DNA of 64,000 nt from a virus: IMG/VR virus record IMGVR_UViG_3300023213_000095. The stretch is one strand, 5' to 3'. The position numbers and the translations under genes were made by a program. The notes under the pieces were generated by a model. That model was not told the DNA's origin and searched no databases. It was given only the letters and a program-made list of their open reading frames with translations. Shown piece by piece: positions 56,468 to 64,000 of the stretch (position 1 is its first letter; each line of letters starts with the position of its first letter).

Positions 56468-57295
56468 ATGGTTCGGCTCTATAAGCACTTAGTGAGGGCA
56501 TTGTGGATGATGCTCCGTAACATGTCGGATCGAGTAGGGGCTGATACCCTTGATGACCTCTGGCTGCGGGCAGTAAGAGGTATTTACAGCTCTGAAGACA
56601 TGAAAAATATGGAAACAGATATCCTACCCCGCAGCTTTGGGGAGCTGATCAAGCTCATTGACAAGGTGTCATATGGGCAGAGGGCGGACCAAGACATCAT
56701 CGATCTCGTCGTAACACAGCTCCAGCTCCCTTGGATTGACAACATGACCTCGATGAGGAAACTGAAGGCTCTGCGAAGGGCGCTGCTGCTCCCCGAGGAG
56801 CTGAACAAGCTGCGGGAAGTCATGAATGAGCAGGAGTTCCACTGTCCGAGTTGTGGCAGCACATTCCAGATTGGTGAGATGTGTACCATTACTAAGAGTG
56901 ACACTGGTGGGCTCAGGGTGGTATGTGCTCACTGCACAGTGCCCACCTCTGTATCGTGCCTGTATGGGAAGCACAAGATCGGCTTTAGAAGCAGTGGGCT
57001 GAAGGCACAGATGCTTAAGTGTGAGGAGTGCAGCAACCCGAAGCTAAAGGTGAATGACCAAGTTGTCCAGGAGCCACAATTGAATGAACCAGGACCTGCT
57101 CTGGCTCTGGAAGCTCCTGGGGTTGTTCGGTTCCGTGCTGTGGTGCGTCCGGCTGCCATCAACCCCTTTGGACAAGGAGACTTCGTAGTTGGTCGGCGCA
57201 GAGATAGGCCACAAGTAAACCGTGCTGCTCCACTACCACTTGTACCGTTACTTGATGAGGATATCGACGAGGGGGACAACGATGACCCTAGATGA
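56468..57295 (+). CDS. zinc-finger-containing hypothetical protein
   Basis: It is 275 aa. Cys motifs include CPSCG ... CAHC ... CEEC. Confidence 0.5.
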   Translation: MVRLYKHLVRALWMMLRNMSDRVGADTLDDLWLRAVRGIYSSEDMKNMETDILPRSFGELIKLIDKVSYGQRADQDIIDLVVTQLQLPWIDNMTSMRKLKALRRALLLPEELNKLREVMNEQEFHCPSCGSTFQIGEMCTITKSDTGGLRVVCAHCTVPTSVSCLYGKHKIGFRSSGLKAQMLKCEECSNPKLKVNDQVVQEPQLNEPGPALALEAPGVVRFRAVVRPAAINPFGQGDFVVGRRRDRPQVNRAAPLPLVPLLDEDIDEGDNDDPR

Positions 57296-57560
57296 GCTGA
57301 ATGCCGAAGCTGCCAAACTGAAGGAGAAGCGGCCGGTCGTCCTCGACGGTGAGGTGGTGAGTCTAGAAGCAACCGAGGATGACTTCAAATACGACTGTCA
57401 GTTTGCTGAGGCCCTTGACATGCTTCAACGGGCCGGTGAGCTGATTGATCGACTGAGCGATTGGGACTTCGATAAGAAAACCAATGCGGAGCTTGGGGAG
57501 CTGTCTCAGGACATCTATGTCTTCCTCAATGATGTGGATGGAGAGGAGAACGGGTTCTAA
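57282..57560 (+). CDS. hypothetical acidic protein
   Basis: The start was refined to ATG at 57282 (MTLDELNAEAAKL). Confidence 0.4.
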   Translation: MTLDELNAEAAKLKEKRPVVLDGEVVSLEATEDDFKYDCQFAEALDMLQRAGELIDRLSDWDFDKKTNAELGELSQDIYVFLNDVDGEENGF

Positions 57561-57561
57561 C

Positions 57562-57714
57562 ATGAAAATCATGTGGTATGTGGGAGGAGTCCTCTGGTTA
57601 GCTACTGGATCACTCCAAGTCTACCTCGCAAGCTACAACAAGCTATGGTTGATACCTGCTGTCCTGTCCTTCTTGGCCGCGGCGCTCAATGCATTATCTG
57701 GAGCACTAACATGA
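57562..57714 (+). CDS. small membrane protein (50 aa)
   Basis: ATG at 57562 (MKIMWYVGGVLWLATG ...). It is ATGA-coupled to the ATP-grasp gene. Confidence 0.4.
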   Translation: MKIMWYVGGVLWLATGSLQVYLASYNKLWLIPAVLSFLAAALNALSGALT

Positions 57715-58430
57715 TCTGGGTCTACCGCCGACATGCTTCGGCCAGTGCTCACAGGCTGGCAAAGGTTCTCAAGGGCATCCGGCTGAGAGATGCTGGACTC
57801 ATTGGTACCGATCGGTTCACCATCCCGAAGGGTGAGAAGAATGCCCTAATCTGCTGGGGTGAGCAGTTCAGCAGCAAGAAGTTTGCCGTGCTGAATGGGA
57901 AGTCCCCTATCCGGGAGAAGTTCAACGACGCTAAGTTATTGCAGGCAAAGGACATCCCGACTATCCAGGTCAGGCGTCACAGGCCGGATGATGACCAGAA
58001 ATGGTTGCCTCGGGAGAGTGATCACAGTGCCGGGGCTGACCTGATCGAGGGCACTGAAGATCCTCACTACTTTGCCAAGTGGGAACCCCTGGTGAGAGAG
58101 TATCGGGTTCACATGTTCCAGGGGCTGAGCATTCGAGCGGGCCGCAAGGTTCAGCGGGATGACTTCAGGAACCCTCACAAGTGGATTCGCAGCTACGATG
58201 CTGGGTGGGATATGCTGTATGATGGTGTTCAACCACGACAGCGACAGCTGGCCCGAGATGCCTGCAAGGCACTGGAGTTGGACTTCGGTGCTGTCGATAT
58301 CGGGGAACGGCAGGATGGGAGTTTGATTGTGCTGGAAGTCAATCGGGCTCCGGCACTTGATGAGGGTAGCACAGCATATAACTATGCTGAGGCTATTCAG
58401 GAGTGGGTCGATGGACTTGAGAGGACTTGA
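57711..58430 (+). CDS. ATP-grasp superfamily ligase (RimK/glutathione-synthetase-like)
   Basis: The motifs YRVHMFQG and LVLEVNRAPAL (E-x-N metal-binding) are present. The start was refined to ATG at 57711. Confidence 0.6.
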   Translation: MIWVYRRHASASAHRLAKVLKGIRLRDAGLIGTDRFTIPKGEKNALICWGEQFSSKKFAVLNGKSPIREKFNDAKLLQAKDIPTIQVRRHRPDDDQKWLPRESDHSAGADLIEGTEDPHYFAKWEPLVREYRVHMFQGLSIRAGRKVQRDDFRNPHKWIRSYDAGWDMLYDGVQPRQRQLARDACKALELDFGAVDIGERQDGSLIVLEVNRAPALDEGSTAYNYAEAIQEWVDGLERT

Positions 58431-58437
58431 ACAGGAA

Positions 58438-58848
58438 ATGCGGGAGCGGGCTGAAGCTTTTGAAGCCCGTAAGGCCCGTGCTGCAGCTCAGTTGGCAGAG
58501 ATTGATGCTGCCACAAAGGCTGAGCCCGTCACAGAGCACCGGGATTATTGCATGTGCGACCCATGCCTTGTGGCTAGAAGGAAGGCAGCTGTAAGCAAGC
58601 CACTCCCTTTACTCTTGACGAGTGGTACCGAGGACCCTCCAGAGAAACCACTGATCCCGGTGAGGACATGGCGTGGGAAGGTGGTCTACACGGCTGCTGG
58701 CCCATGTTCGAGGGAAACTAAGGACACGAAGGTCCTTGACGAGTACAAACTGACCACTGGGAAGCACATCATTGTGCTGGAGGTTAATGGGAAGGTGGAG
58801 CGCCGGGTGATGATGCCTGATGGACATCTTGGTGCAGTGGAGGAATGA
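58438..58848 (+). CDS. hypothetical protein
   Basis: The start was refined to ATG at 58438 (MRERAEAF). Confidence 0.45.
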   Translation: MRERAEAFEARKARAAAQLAEIDAATKAEPVTEHRDYCMCDPCLVARRKAAVSKPLPLLLTSGTEDPPEKPLIPVRTWRGKVVYTAAGPCSRETKDTKVLDEYKLTTGKHIIVLEVNGKVERRVMMPDGHLGAVEE

Positions 58849-59435
58849 TGGCGAGGATTATAGCGAGCGGTAATGGCTGTGGGATGGACACATTAAGCTT
58901 TCTACACAATGTGGAGGACGGATACTACAGCTACTACCAACACTGTAGATCTCCTAATACTCCTGAGGGTTATCTGTTGGAGATCCTCAAGGCCATGGAG
59001 AATCCTAAGAGCGGCTACGGGGAGTCACACCAGAAAGGCTGGGACAAGAATGCCAAGCCCATCCGGGTTCCAATCCATCTCCTCTATGCTGGCACCTGTA
59101 AGCAGGGGGGCTATTATCGGGGTGGGGAAGCCATTGAGTATGCCTGTGATGTGTTGAAGATGGGCACCTACATCAAGAGCAAGCCTACCAAGAATCGGAT
59201 GTACCATCCCAATCGTGATGCCATCATCTGGGTCTGGACACCTGACCCGATTGCTGTGATCAGATGGTGGGTCAAAAAGAGGCCGGATAGCCACAAGGTG
59301 TGGTGCGATGGGCGCAAGGAATATCGGGCTAAGAAACTCGCTGAGCGGTTGAAACGAGAGGCAGCGGTCAAACCAAAGATGCATCAGCCTGTCCAGAATG
59401 TCAGGATGACGCATGTACAAGTACAAGAATGGTAG
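58845..59435 (+). CDS. hypothetical protein (paralogue A of a tandem pair)
   Basis: It is 196 aa. It shares IIWVWTPDPIAVIRWWVKKRP-type motifs with the next gene. Confidence 0.5.
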   Translation: MMARIIASGNGCGMDTLSFLHNVEDGYYSYYQHCRSPNTPEGYLLEILKAMENPKSGYGESHQKGWDKNAKPIRVPIHLLYAGTCKQGGYYRGGEAIEYACDVLKMGTYIKSKPTKNRMYHPNRDAIIWVWTPDPIAVIRWWVKKRPDSHKVWCDGRKEYRAKKLAERLKREAAVKPKMHQPVQNVRMTHVQVQEW

Positions 59436-59438
59436 CCA

Positions 59439-59888
59439 ATGGACATTCATAACACTCACTGCTGCGCCGTGGGTGAGCTGGCCTATATTGGGCATGAAAG
59501 GAGTGCCCCGCAGACGCTCAGGGACATCTGTAAGACCATCTTGGAGCCCTACAGGTCGCCATATATTCCCAGCCCCAGAAACCAAGCTTATCGCAAGCCC
59601 TCAGCCTTCTACTACTTTGCGGCTGTTAGTAAACACAGAGCACGGGAACGTGGGCCGCGCCGCAAGGGCCGCTACGGTGAAGAACTGGTCAACTACATCA
59701 AGCTGCACAATCTTGGTAAGGTGTGGCAAACCGAGCCCCGCAGCAACCGTGGAAACCACCCGGGTCATATGATCACTGTGTATATGTGGGCACCTGATGA
59801 GAGAGCCCTCAAAGCATGGTGGGATAAGGAGAAACGTCGTGGGAAGGCTGTCAAAAGAGGTCAAGAACCGGCAGTGCCGGTCCTGTAG
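59439..59888 (+). CDS. hypothetical protein (paralogue B of a tandem pair)
   Basis: It is 149 aa. The motif MITVYMWAPDERALKAWWDKEKRRG parallels the previous gene. Confidence 0.5.
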   Translation: MDIHNTHCCAVGELAYIGHERSAPQTLRDICKTILEPYRSPYIPSPRNQAYRKPSAFYYFAAVSKHRARERGPRRKGRYGEELVNYIKLHNLGKVWQTEPRSNRGNHPGHMITVYMWAPDERALKAWWDKEKRRGKAVKRGQEPAVPVL

Positions 59889-60026
59889 CAGGGTCCTGCT
59901 CGTTAACGCCAAGGACATGAAAGCACACTGGGAAGTGTGCTATCGGGTCAAGACACTGGGCATTGAGATTCCGACCCAGCAAGTTATCAGGCCCGGTGGG
60001 GTCATCCTGACGGATAGGGAGTAAAA

Positions 60027-60332
60027 ATGGAATGCTGCAGCAAATGTGGTAGAGAGTGTATCATCTGCTGTGACGGCCCCAGAGATGGACGCTACTGTGA
60101 AACATGCTGCCGCTGCAGTTGTCATGCAGTTAAAGGAGAAGCAAAAATCATGATCCGTGGTGGAGCGTTCACAGTCGGGGAGCTGATCAAGGAGCTGAGG
60201 GCTATTATTATCGTGCATCCCGAGGCCTCTAATGCTGTCATCAAGGCTAATACTGAAGATGGCGTGTCATCAAATCACGTCACCTTGCGATATGACAACA
60301 AGACCCATTGTCTGTTGATTGAAGGTGTCTGA
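60027..60332 (+). CDS. Cys-rich small protein
   Basis: The N-terminus is CCSKCGRECIICC ... CETCCRCSCH. Confidence 0.45.
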   Translation: MECCSKCGRECIICCDGPRDGRYCETCCRCSCHAVKGEAKIMIRGGAFTVGELIKELRAIIIVHPEASNAVIKANTEDGVSSNHVTLRYDNKTHCLLIEGV

Positions 60333-60697
60333 TGCCGCCCGCGGTGAAGGTCTGGGCCATTGGCCTGAAGGACTACATTGAGATCAGGACGGCTGTCAGG
60401 CGGCCGAGGGCCTTTAAGTCGAGCATCAGGATGCCGGTTGAAGTTCCTGCAAAAGCTGTAGTTTATGTAGAAGGCCTTGACTGGCATCTTATTGAAGAGA
60501 AGTCTGGCAAGAGAAAAATTCATACCTTCACCAGCACTTGCCACCTTGGCGGAAGTGTGATAGGCTGTTTTCATCGACGGTTTTGTACGTATGCGCTTGG
60601 CAGGTCCGTACCAAAGGGCATATGTATTGAGGTTACAGGATTACCAGCAACATGGCTGGCTAACCATTCAGAGTGGGTGAAACGTGGTATACGTTGA
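60332..60697 (+). CDS. hypothetical protein
   Basis: It is 121 aa and ATG-coupled. Confidence 0.45.
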   Translation: MPPAVKVWAIGLKDYIEIRTAVRRPRAFKSSIRMPVEVPAKAVVYVEGLDWHLIEEKSGKRKIHTFTSTCHLGGSVIGCFHRRFCTYALGRSVPKGICIEVTGLPATWLANHSEWVKRGIR

Positions 60698-60947
60698 GCG
60701 GATGAACCTGGACGGAAACCACTGCAAGGAGTCAGTGGGGCGATGGAGGCAGAACATGAGTGACGGCAGCGAAGTATTTCTCAGCTTCAGGGAGACCATG
60801 GATCTGATGGCTAAACAGATCGTGACCTTGACTGAACAGGTTGAGGGGCTCAAGACTCAGCTTGAAGAGCAGCACGAGGAAGTGCTGGAGAAGATTGACA
60901 ACCTCTCCGAGGGTGGAAGTGGGATGACTGTGGAGAATTACCAATGA
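60684..60947 (+). CDS. coiled-coil hypothetical protein
   Basis: It is 87 aa. Confidence 0.4.
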   Translation: MVYVERMNLDGNHCKESVGRWRQNMSDGSEVFLSFRETMDLMAKQIVTLTEQVEGLKTQLEEQHEEVLEKIDNLSEGGSGMTVENYQ

Positions 60948-61969
60948 GCAGTTGGCATAGCTATCCAAGCATCTACAACCTTGGGCACCTGGCTGTCCGG
61001 GCTCTCTTCGATGTACCAGTGAGGATCGAAGAGAAAATTGACGGGAGCCAGTTCAGTTTTGGGATCTTTGGGGATGAGACTCCTGTGGTTTCCCCACATG
61101 ATCTAGAACTTGGGTTATTTCTCAAGGTCCGTTCCAAGGGCGCAGTGATGGAGCCCGATGCCCCGGAGAAGATGTTCAACCTCGCCGTGGTCTCAGTCAA
61201 GGAGCGCCTGCATCTGCTGCATCCTGGCTGGACCTATCGTGGTGAGTATCTCAGGGTGCCCAAACACAATACCCTAGCTTATGACCGCATCCCCAACGGT
61301 CATATCATCATCTTTGATATCAACACTGGGGAGGAGGAATACCTGACTTATGCGGAGAAGGCAGCCGAGGCAACCCGCATTGGCCTGGAAGTTGTCCCTA
61401 GCCTTTTTGAGGGGTATGTCAAATCGCCCGATGAGCTTCGGCGATTCCTGGACACTCCCAGCCTACTTGGTGGGCAGAAGATTGAGGGTGTCGTTATCAA
61501 GCAAGTTGGGCCGGACTTCCTCTATGGGCAGGACCACAAGGCACTCATGGGCAAATTCGTCAGCGAGGCTTTCAAGGAAGCTCATACTGGTAGTTGGAAG
61601 GAATCCAACCCGGGCAGTGGGGACATCCTCGTTCAGCTCGGCAAGCGGTATTGCCATCCCGGAAGGTGGCTCAAGGCCGTCCAGCACCTGAAAGAGGCTG
61701 GGAAACTGGAGGATTCGGTTCGAGACATCAGTAAGCTCATCATTGAGGTTCAGAAGGACCTCGGGCAGGAGGAGAAGGAGGATATCCAGCGTTTCCTGTG
61801 GAAGTGGGCACAACCACGCATTAGCCGCGCATCAACGCGTGGGCTCGCAGAATGGTATAAGAATGAACTGTTGAGGCAGCAGTTCGAACGGGAGGGTGTG
61901 GATGAAAGCACTGGGATTGTTGTTGTTGCTGGTGGTGACGGTGTGGATTCGAACGGTGGGGAGGGGTAA
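60944..61969 (+). CDS. ATP-dependent polynucleotide ligase of the RNA-ligase (Rnl2/RNA_ligase) type
   Basis: The nucleotidyltransferase motif I KxDG is present (EEKIDGSQFSF). The motif EGVVIK is motif IV/V-like. It is 341 aa. A DNA-ligase identity is not excluded. Confidence 0.55.
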   Translation: MSSWHSYPSIYNLGHLAVRALFDVPVRIEEKIDGSQFSFGIFGDETPVVSPHDLELGLFLKVRSKGAVMEPDAPEKMFNLAVVSVKERLHLLHPGWTYRGEYLRVPKHNTLAYDRIPNGHIIIFDINTGEEEYLTYAEKAAEATRIGLEVVPSLFEGYVKSPDELRRFLDTPSLLGGQKIEGVVIKQVGPDFLYGQDHKALMGKFVSEAFKEAHTGSWKESNPGSGDILVQLGKRYCHPGRWLKAVQHLKEAGKLEDSVRDISKLIIEVQKDLGQEEKEDIQRFLWKWAQPRISRASTRGLAEWYKNELLRQQFEREGVDESTGIVVVAGGDGVDSNGGEG

Positions 61970-62110
61970 ATGACAACAATTCTACAGGTTATCCTGGCCA
62001 TTGGGGGATATGGTGCTATATGCTACGTCCTGAGGGGTCAGCCATTATGGAAGGTCTGGGTGGTCTGGGCAATCGGCTACACAGTTGGTTTCATCATTGC
62101 ATTAACATGA
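61970..62110 (+). CDS. small membrane protein (46 aa)
   Basis: ATG lies directly after the previous stop. It has two hydrophobic segments. It is not in the track. Confidence 0.3.
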   Translation: MTTILQVILAIGGYGAICYVLRGQPLWKVWVVWAIGYTVGFIIALT

Positions 62111-62117
62111 GGGGTAA

Positions 62118-62756
62118 GTGAAAATCTATGCAATCAGCGACCAGCACGGACATCTGGGGCCGGATATCCCTGAGTGTGACCTGTTGATCGTGGCAGGGGA
62201 CGTAGCACCGAGCTGGCATGGGCCAAGAAACCCTGGTGCCGAGCGACAGCGACAGGACCTCTGGATGGTCAATTGGTTTGCATGGATTAAGCGACAGCCT
62301 ATGAAGGCCTGGTATGCCTGTTGGGGCAACCATGACTACGCCAGCCCAATTAAAGGGTTCTGTGATGGCCCGATTGAACACAACCTGCTCAAGCTCTGGT
62401 TCAGCCCCTGGTCCAACGAGTTCTGCAGGTGGAACTGGATGAAGCAGCCGGAGGAGCTTGGGGAGTATTACAAACAGATCCCCTATGGGACTGACATCAT
62501 CGTGAGCCACCAACCGCCCTATGGGTATGGGGATCTGCTAGCACCATTCATGCGGCGAGGGGGAGAGGATCCCCACGTTGGGTCTAAGGAGCTGTTGGAA
62601 ACCATCAAGCGGATTCAACCAAAGGCAGTGGTGTGTGGGCATATCCATGATGGGCATGGCATCTACAAGCTGAATGATGATACAACCATCTACAACGTAG
62701 CTGTGGTGGATGAGAGCTATTGGTTGGTCCATTCGGCAACGGAGATTGTTCTATGA
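62118..62756 (+). CDS. calcineurin-like metallophosphoesterase
   Basis: The motifs ISDQHGH, GDV and GNHD are present. Confidence 0.65.
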   Translation: MKIYAISDQHGHLGPDIPECDLLIVAGDVAPSWHGPRNPGAERQRQDLWMVNWFAWIKRQPMKAWYACWGNHDYASPIKGFCDGPIEHNLLKLWFSPWSNEFCRWNWMKQPEELGEYYKQIPYGTDIIVSHQPPYGYGDLLAPFMRRGGEDPHVGSKELLETIKRIQPKAVVCGHIHDGHGIYKLNDDTTIYNVAVVDESYWLVHSATEIVL

Positions 62757-62902
62757 GAGTTCTATGTTGGTTCGGTTGGCACAACTGGAGCCGCACTGAT
62801 CAGGTCAACCGGTACTGTATGGACTGTTTCCTGCATCAGGTGCTGATGCTTAATAATCCTACATACAAAGAGGGCTGGCACGATCACTGCCACTACCGTT
62901 AA
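62753..62902 (+). CDS. small Cys/His-rich protein (49 aa)
   Basis: The ATG overlaps the previous stop (ATGA). It contains CMDC ... HDHCH. Confidence 0.35.
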   Translation: MRVLCWFGWHNWSRTDQVNRYCMDCFLHQVLMLNNPTYKEGWHDHCHYR

Positions 62903-63519
62903 TGGAAATCTGGTTTACGAGCGATACCCACTTCGGCCATGAGAACATCATCCGCTACTGCGGACGTCCCTTCAAGGACGCGAGGGAGATGGATGAATGT
63001 CTGGTCGAACAGTGGAACCTCCGGGTGAAGCCGTCGGACCACATCTACCACCTGGGAGATATCACAATGGCAAGGGATGGGAGGGGGGACGGACTCGCCA
63101 TCGTCAAGCGCCTAAACGGGCACAAACGGCTGATCATGGGCAATCATGATCACTACAAAGCTGGGATCTACCTCAAATTTTTTGAGAAGGTCATGGCCAT
63201 GCAGCGGTTTAATGACATATGGTTCATGCATGTCCCATGTCACCCGACCAACCTGGGGACCTCGACTGCATGTGTTCATGGGCACATTCACCAGAACCCG
63301 TCGCCGCCTCCGGTGGTCATCTACCACAGGAAGTTCGTGGGTGGACCGGAGAAGAAAATGGTGCCACGGGCGGTGCCGTACATCAACATCTGCGTGGAGC
63401 AGACCAACTATCATCCGGTGACCCTTGAAGAAATCAGAGTCATGGTCCGAAAGGCAGCCGAAGTGGAAATGTCCACGCTGCAAACAGTGGGTGCGTTCCC
63501 CGATGGGGAAGGTGTGTGA
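62902..63519 (+). CDS. calcineurin-like metallophosphoesterase (second paralogue)
   Basis: The motifs SDTHFGH, GD and GNHDH are present. Confidence 0.65.
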   Translation: MEIWFTSDTHFGHENIIRYCGRPFKDAREMDECLVEQWNLRVKPSDHIYHLGDITMARDGRGDGLAIVKRLNGHKRLIMGNHDHYKAGIYLKFFEKVMAMQRFNDIWFMHVPCHPTNLGTSTACVHGHIHQNPSPPPVVIYHRKFVGGPEKKMVPRAVPYINICVEQTNYHPVTLEEIRVMVRKAAEVEMSTLQTVGAFPDGEGV

Positions 63520-63530
63520 GGAGTGTAAAA

Positions 63531-63878
63531 ATGGAACTAAGCAAACGGAGCCTGATGTATCGGTATCTGGAAGGAGCAATAGCTGAGCCTGACTACCGGA
63601 TAAAGTCAATGACTCTGTGTAGCCTGTTCTGGAGGTTGGCAGGGGCTACAGTCTTATATGGACTTTGTGTTGCTATTATAGTCATACTCATTGGATTCAT
63701 CTTCATACAACCAATAATTACTACCATTGTCTTTGGACTCGCCTTGCTCATCGGTGGAGGCATTGTAATTGGGGTCTACATCTATGACCGCCGAAAGCAA
63801 CTGCTCTCCCCAATGGTGCTGGAGGGTCTGGCTGCCATCAAGGGGAAGTTCTGTCCAATTATCCAGTTGAAGGACTGA
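63531..63878 (+). CDS. membrane protein
   Basis: It has two or more TM helices (VLYGLCVAIIVILIGFIFI and TIVFGLALLIGGGIVIGVYIY). Confidence 0.45.
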   Translation: MELSKRSLMYRYLEGAIAEPDYRIKSMTLCSLFWRLAGATVLYGLCVAIIVILIGFIFIQPIITTIVFGLALLIGGGIVIGVYIYDRRKQLLSPMVLEGLAAIKGKFCPIIQLKD

Positions 63879-63880
63879 CC

Positions 63881-64000
63881 ATGAAGACTCATAAGCAACT
63901 AATCATGCTGATGGGGCTCCCAGGGTCGGGGAAATCGACCTGGGCTCGGGAACAGGCAGGATTTGTGAGGGTAAACAAAGATGACATCAGGACGGCACTC
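63881..64000 (+). CDS. P-loop polynucleotide kinase (T4 Pnk-like kinase domain), 5' end only
   Basis: The sequence MKTHKQLIMLMGLPGSGKSTWAREQAGFVRVNKDDIR closely parallels the T4 Pnk N-terminus (GCPGSGKSTWARE ... NRDDYR). It is truncated by the window edge. Confidence 0.65.
   Translation, partial: MKTHKQLIMLMGLPGSGKSTWAREQAGFVRVNKDDIRTAL

Noticed and set aside
1-64000. tRNA, rRNA and CRISPR arrays
   Set aside because: No cloverleaf-compatible segment with a GTTCGA-type T-arm was seen in the non-coding stretches. No rRNA-like conserved blocks were seen. No regularly spaced direct repeats with unique spacers were seen. The repeats at 44.7-45.5 kb are short and irregularly spaced, so they are iteron/operator-like rather than CRISPR.

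Overview
The window looks like a large part, possibly nearly all, of a tailed dsDNA bacteriophage or prophage genome (about 55% GC, 64 kb, coding on both strands). It has three blocks.

Block 1 (1-8.4 kb, + strand): replication and nucleotide-metabolism genes. These include a Dam-family N6-adenine DNA methyltransferase, a family-A DNA polymerase with an N-terminal family-4 UDG-like domain and a 3'-5' exonuclease domain, a nucleoside 2-deoxyribosyltransferase-like protein and a dATP/dGTP diphosphohydrolase-like protein. A predicted lipoprotein and a secreted, possibly outer-membrane, protein are also here.

Block 2 (8.4-44.2 kb, - strand): one long leftward operon. It starts with a P22-like head module in the order HTH/AT-hook putative small terminase, HNH endonuclease, large terminase (Walker A), a 765-aa portal, scaffold and a 433-aa coat protein. 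After the head module come many Gly/Thr/Asn-rich tail, fibre and ejection-type proteins, a lysis cassette (holin candidate plus a GH108/PG-binding endolysin) and a tail-end cargo region. The cargo region holds a histidine phosphatase, an RNase-H-like exonuclease, a decayed HNH homing endonuclease in an AT-rich island, a secreted trypsin-like protease and an SPFH protein.

Block 3 (45.5-64 kb, + strand): an early region of many small genes and two notable enzyme clusters. The first cluster has two glutamine-synthetase-fold carboxylate-amine ligases (one Amidoligase_2-like), a class-II (Ntn) glutamine amidotransferase and an ATP-grasp ligase. The second is an RNA-repair-like set: an Rnl-type nucleotidyltransferase ligase, two calcineurin-like phosphoesterases and the start of a T4-Pnk-like P-loop polynucleotide kinase.

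The two operons diverge from a repeat-rich 1.3 kb non-coding control region (44.2-45.5 kb) that contains CTAGAATC-type iterons and a perfect palindrome. I found no rRNA, tRNA or CRISPR array. Many gene starts were refined relative to the ORF track, several genes under 60 aa were added, and several track ORFs are judged spurious.
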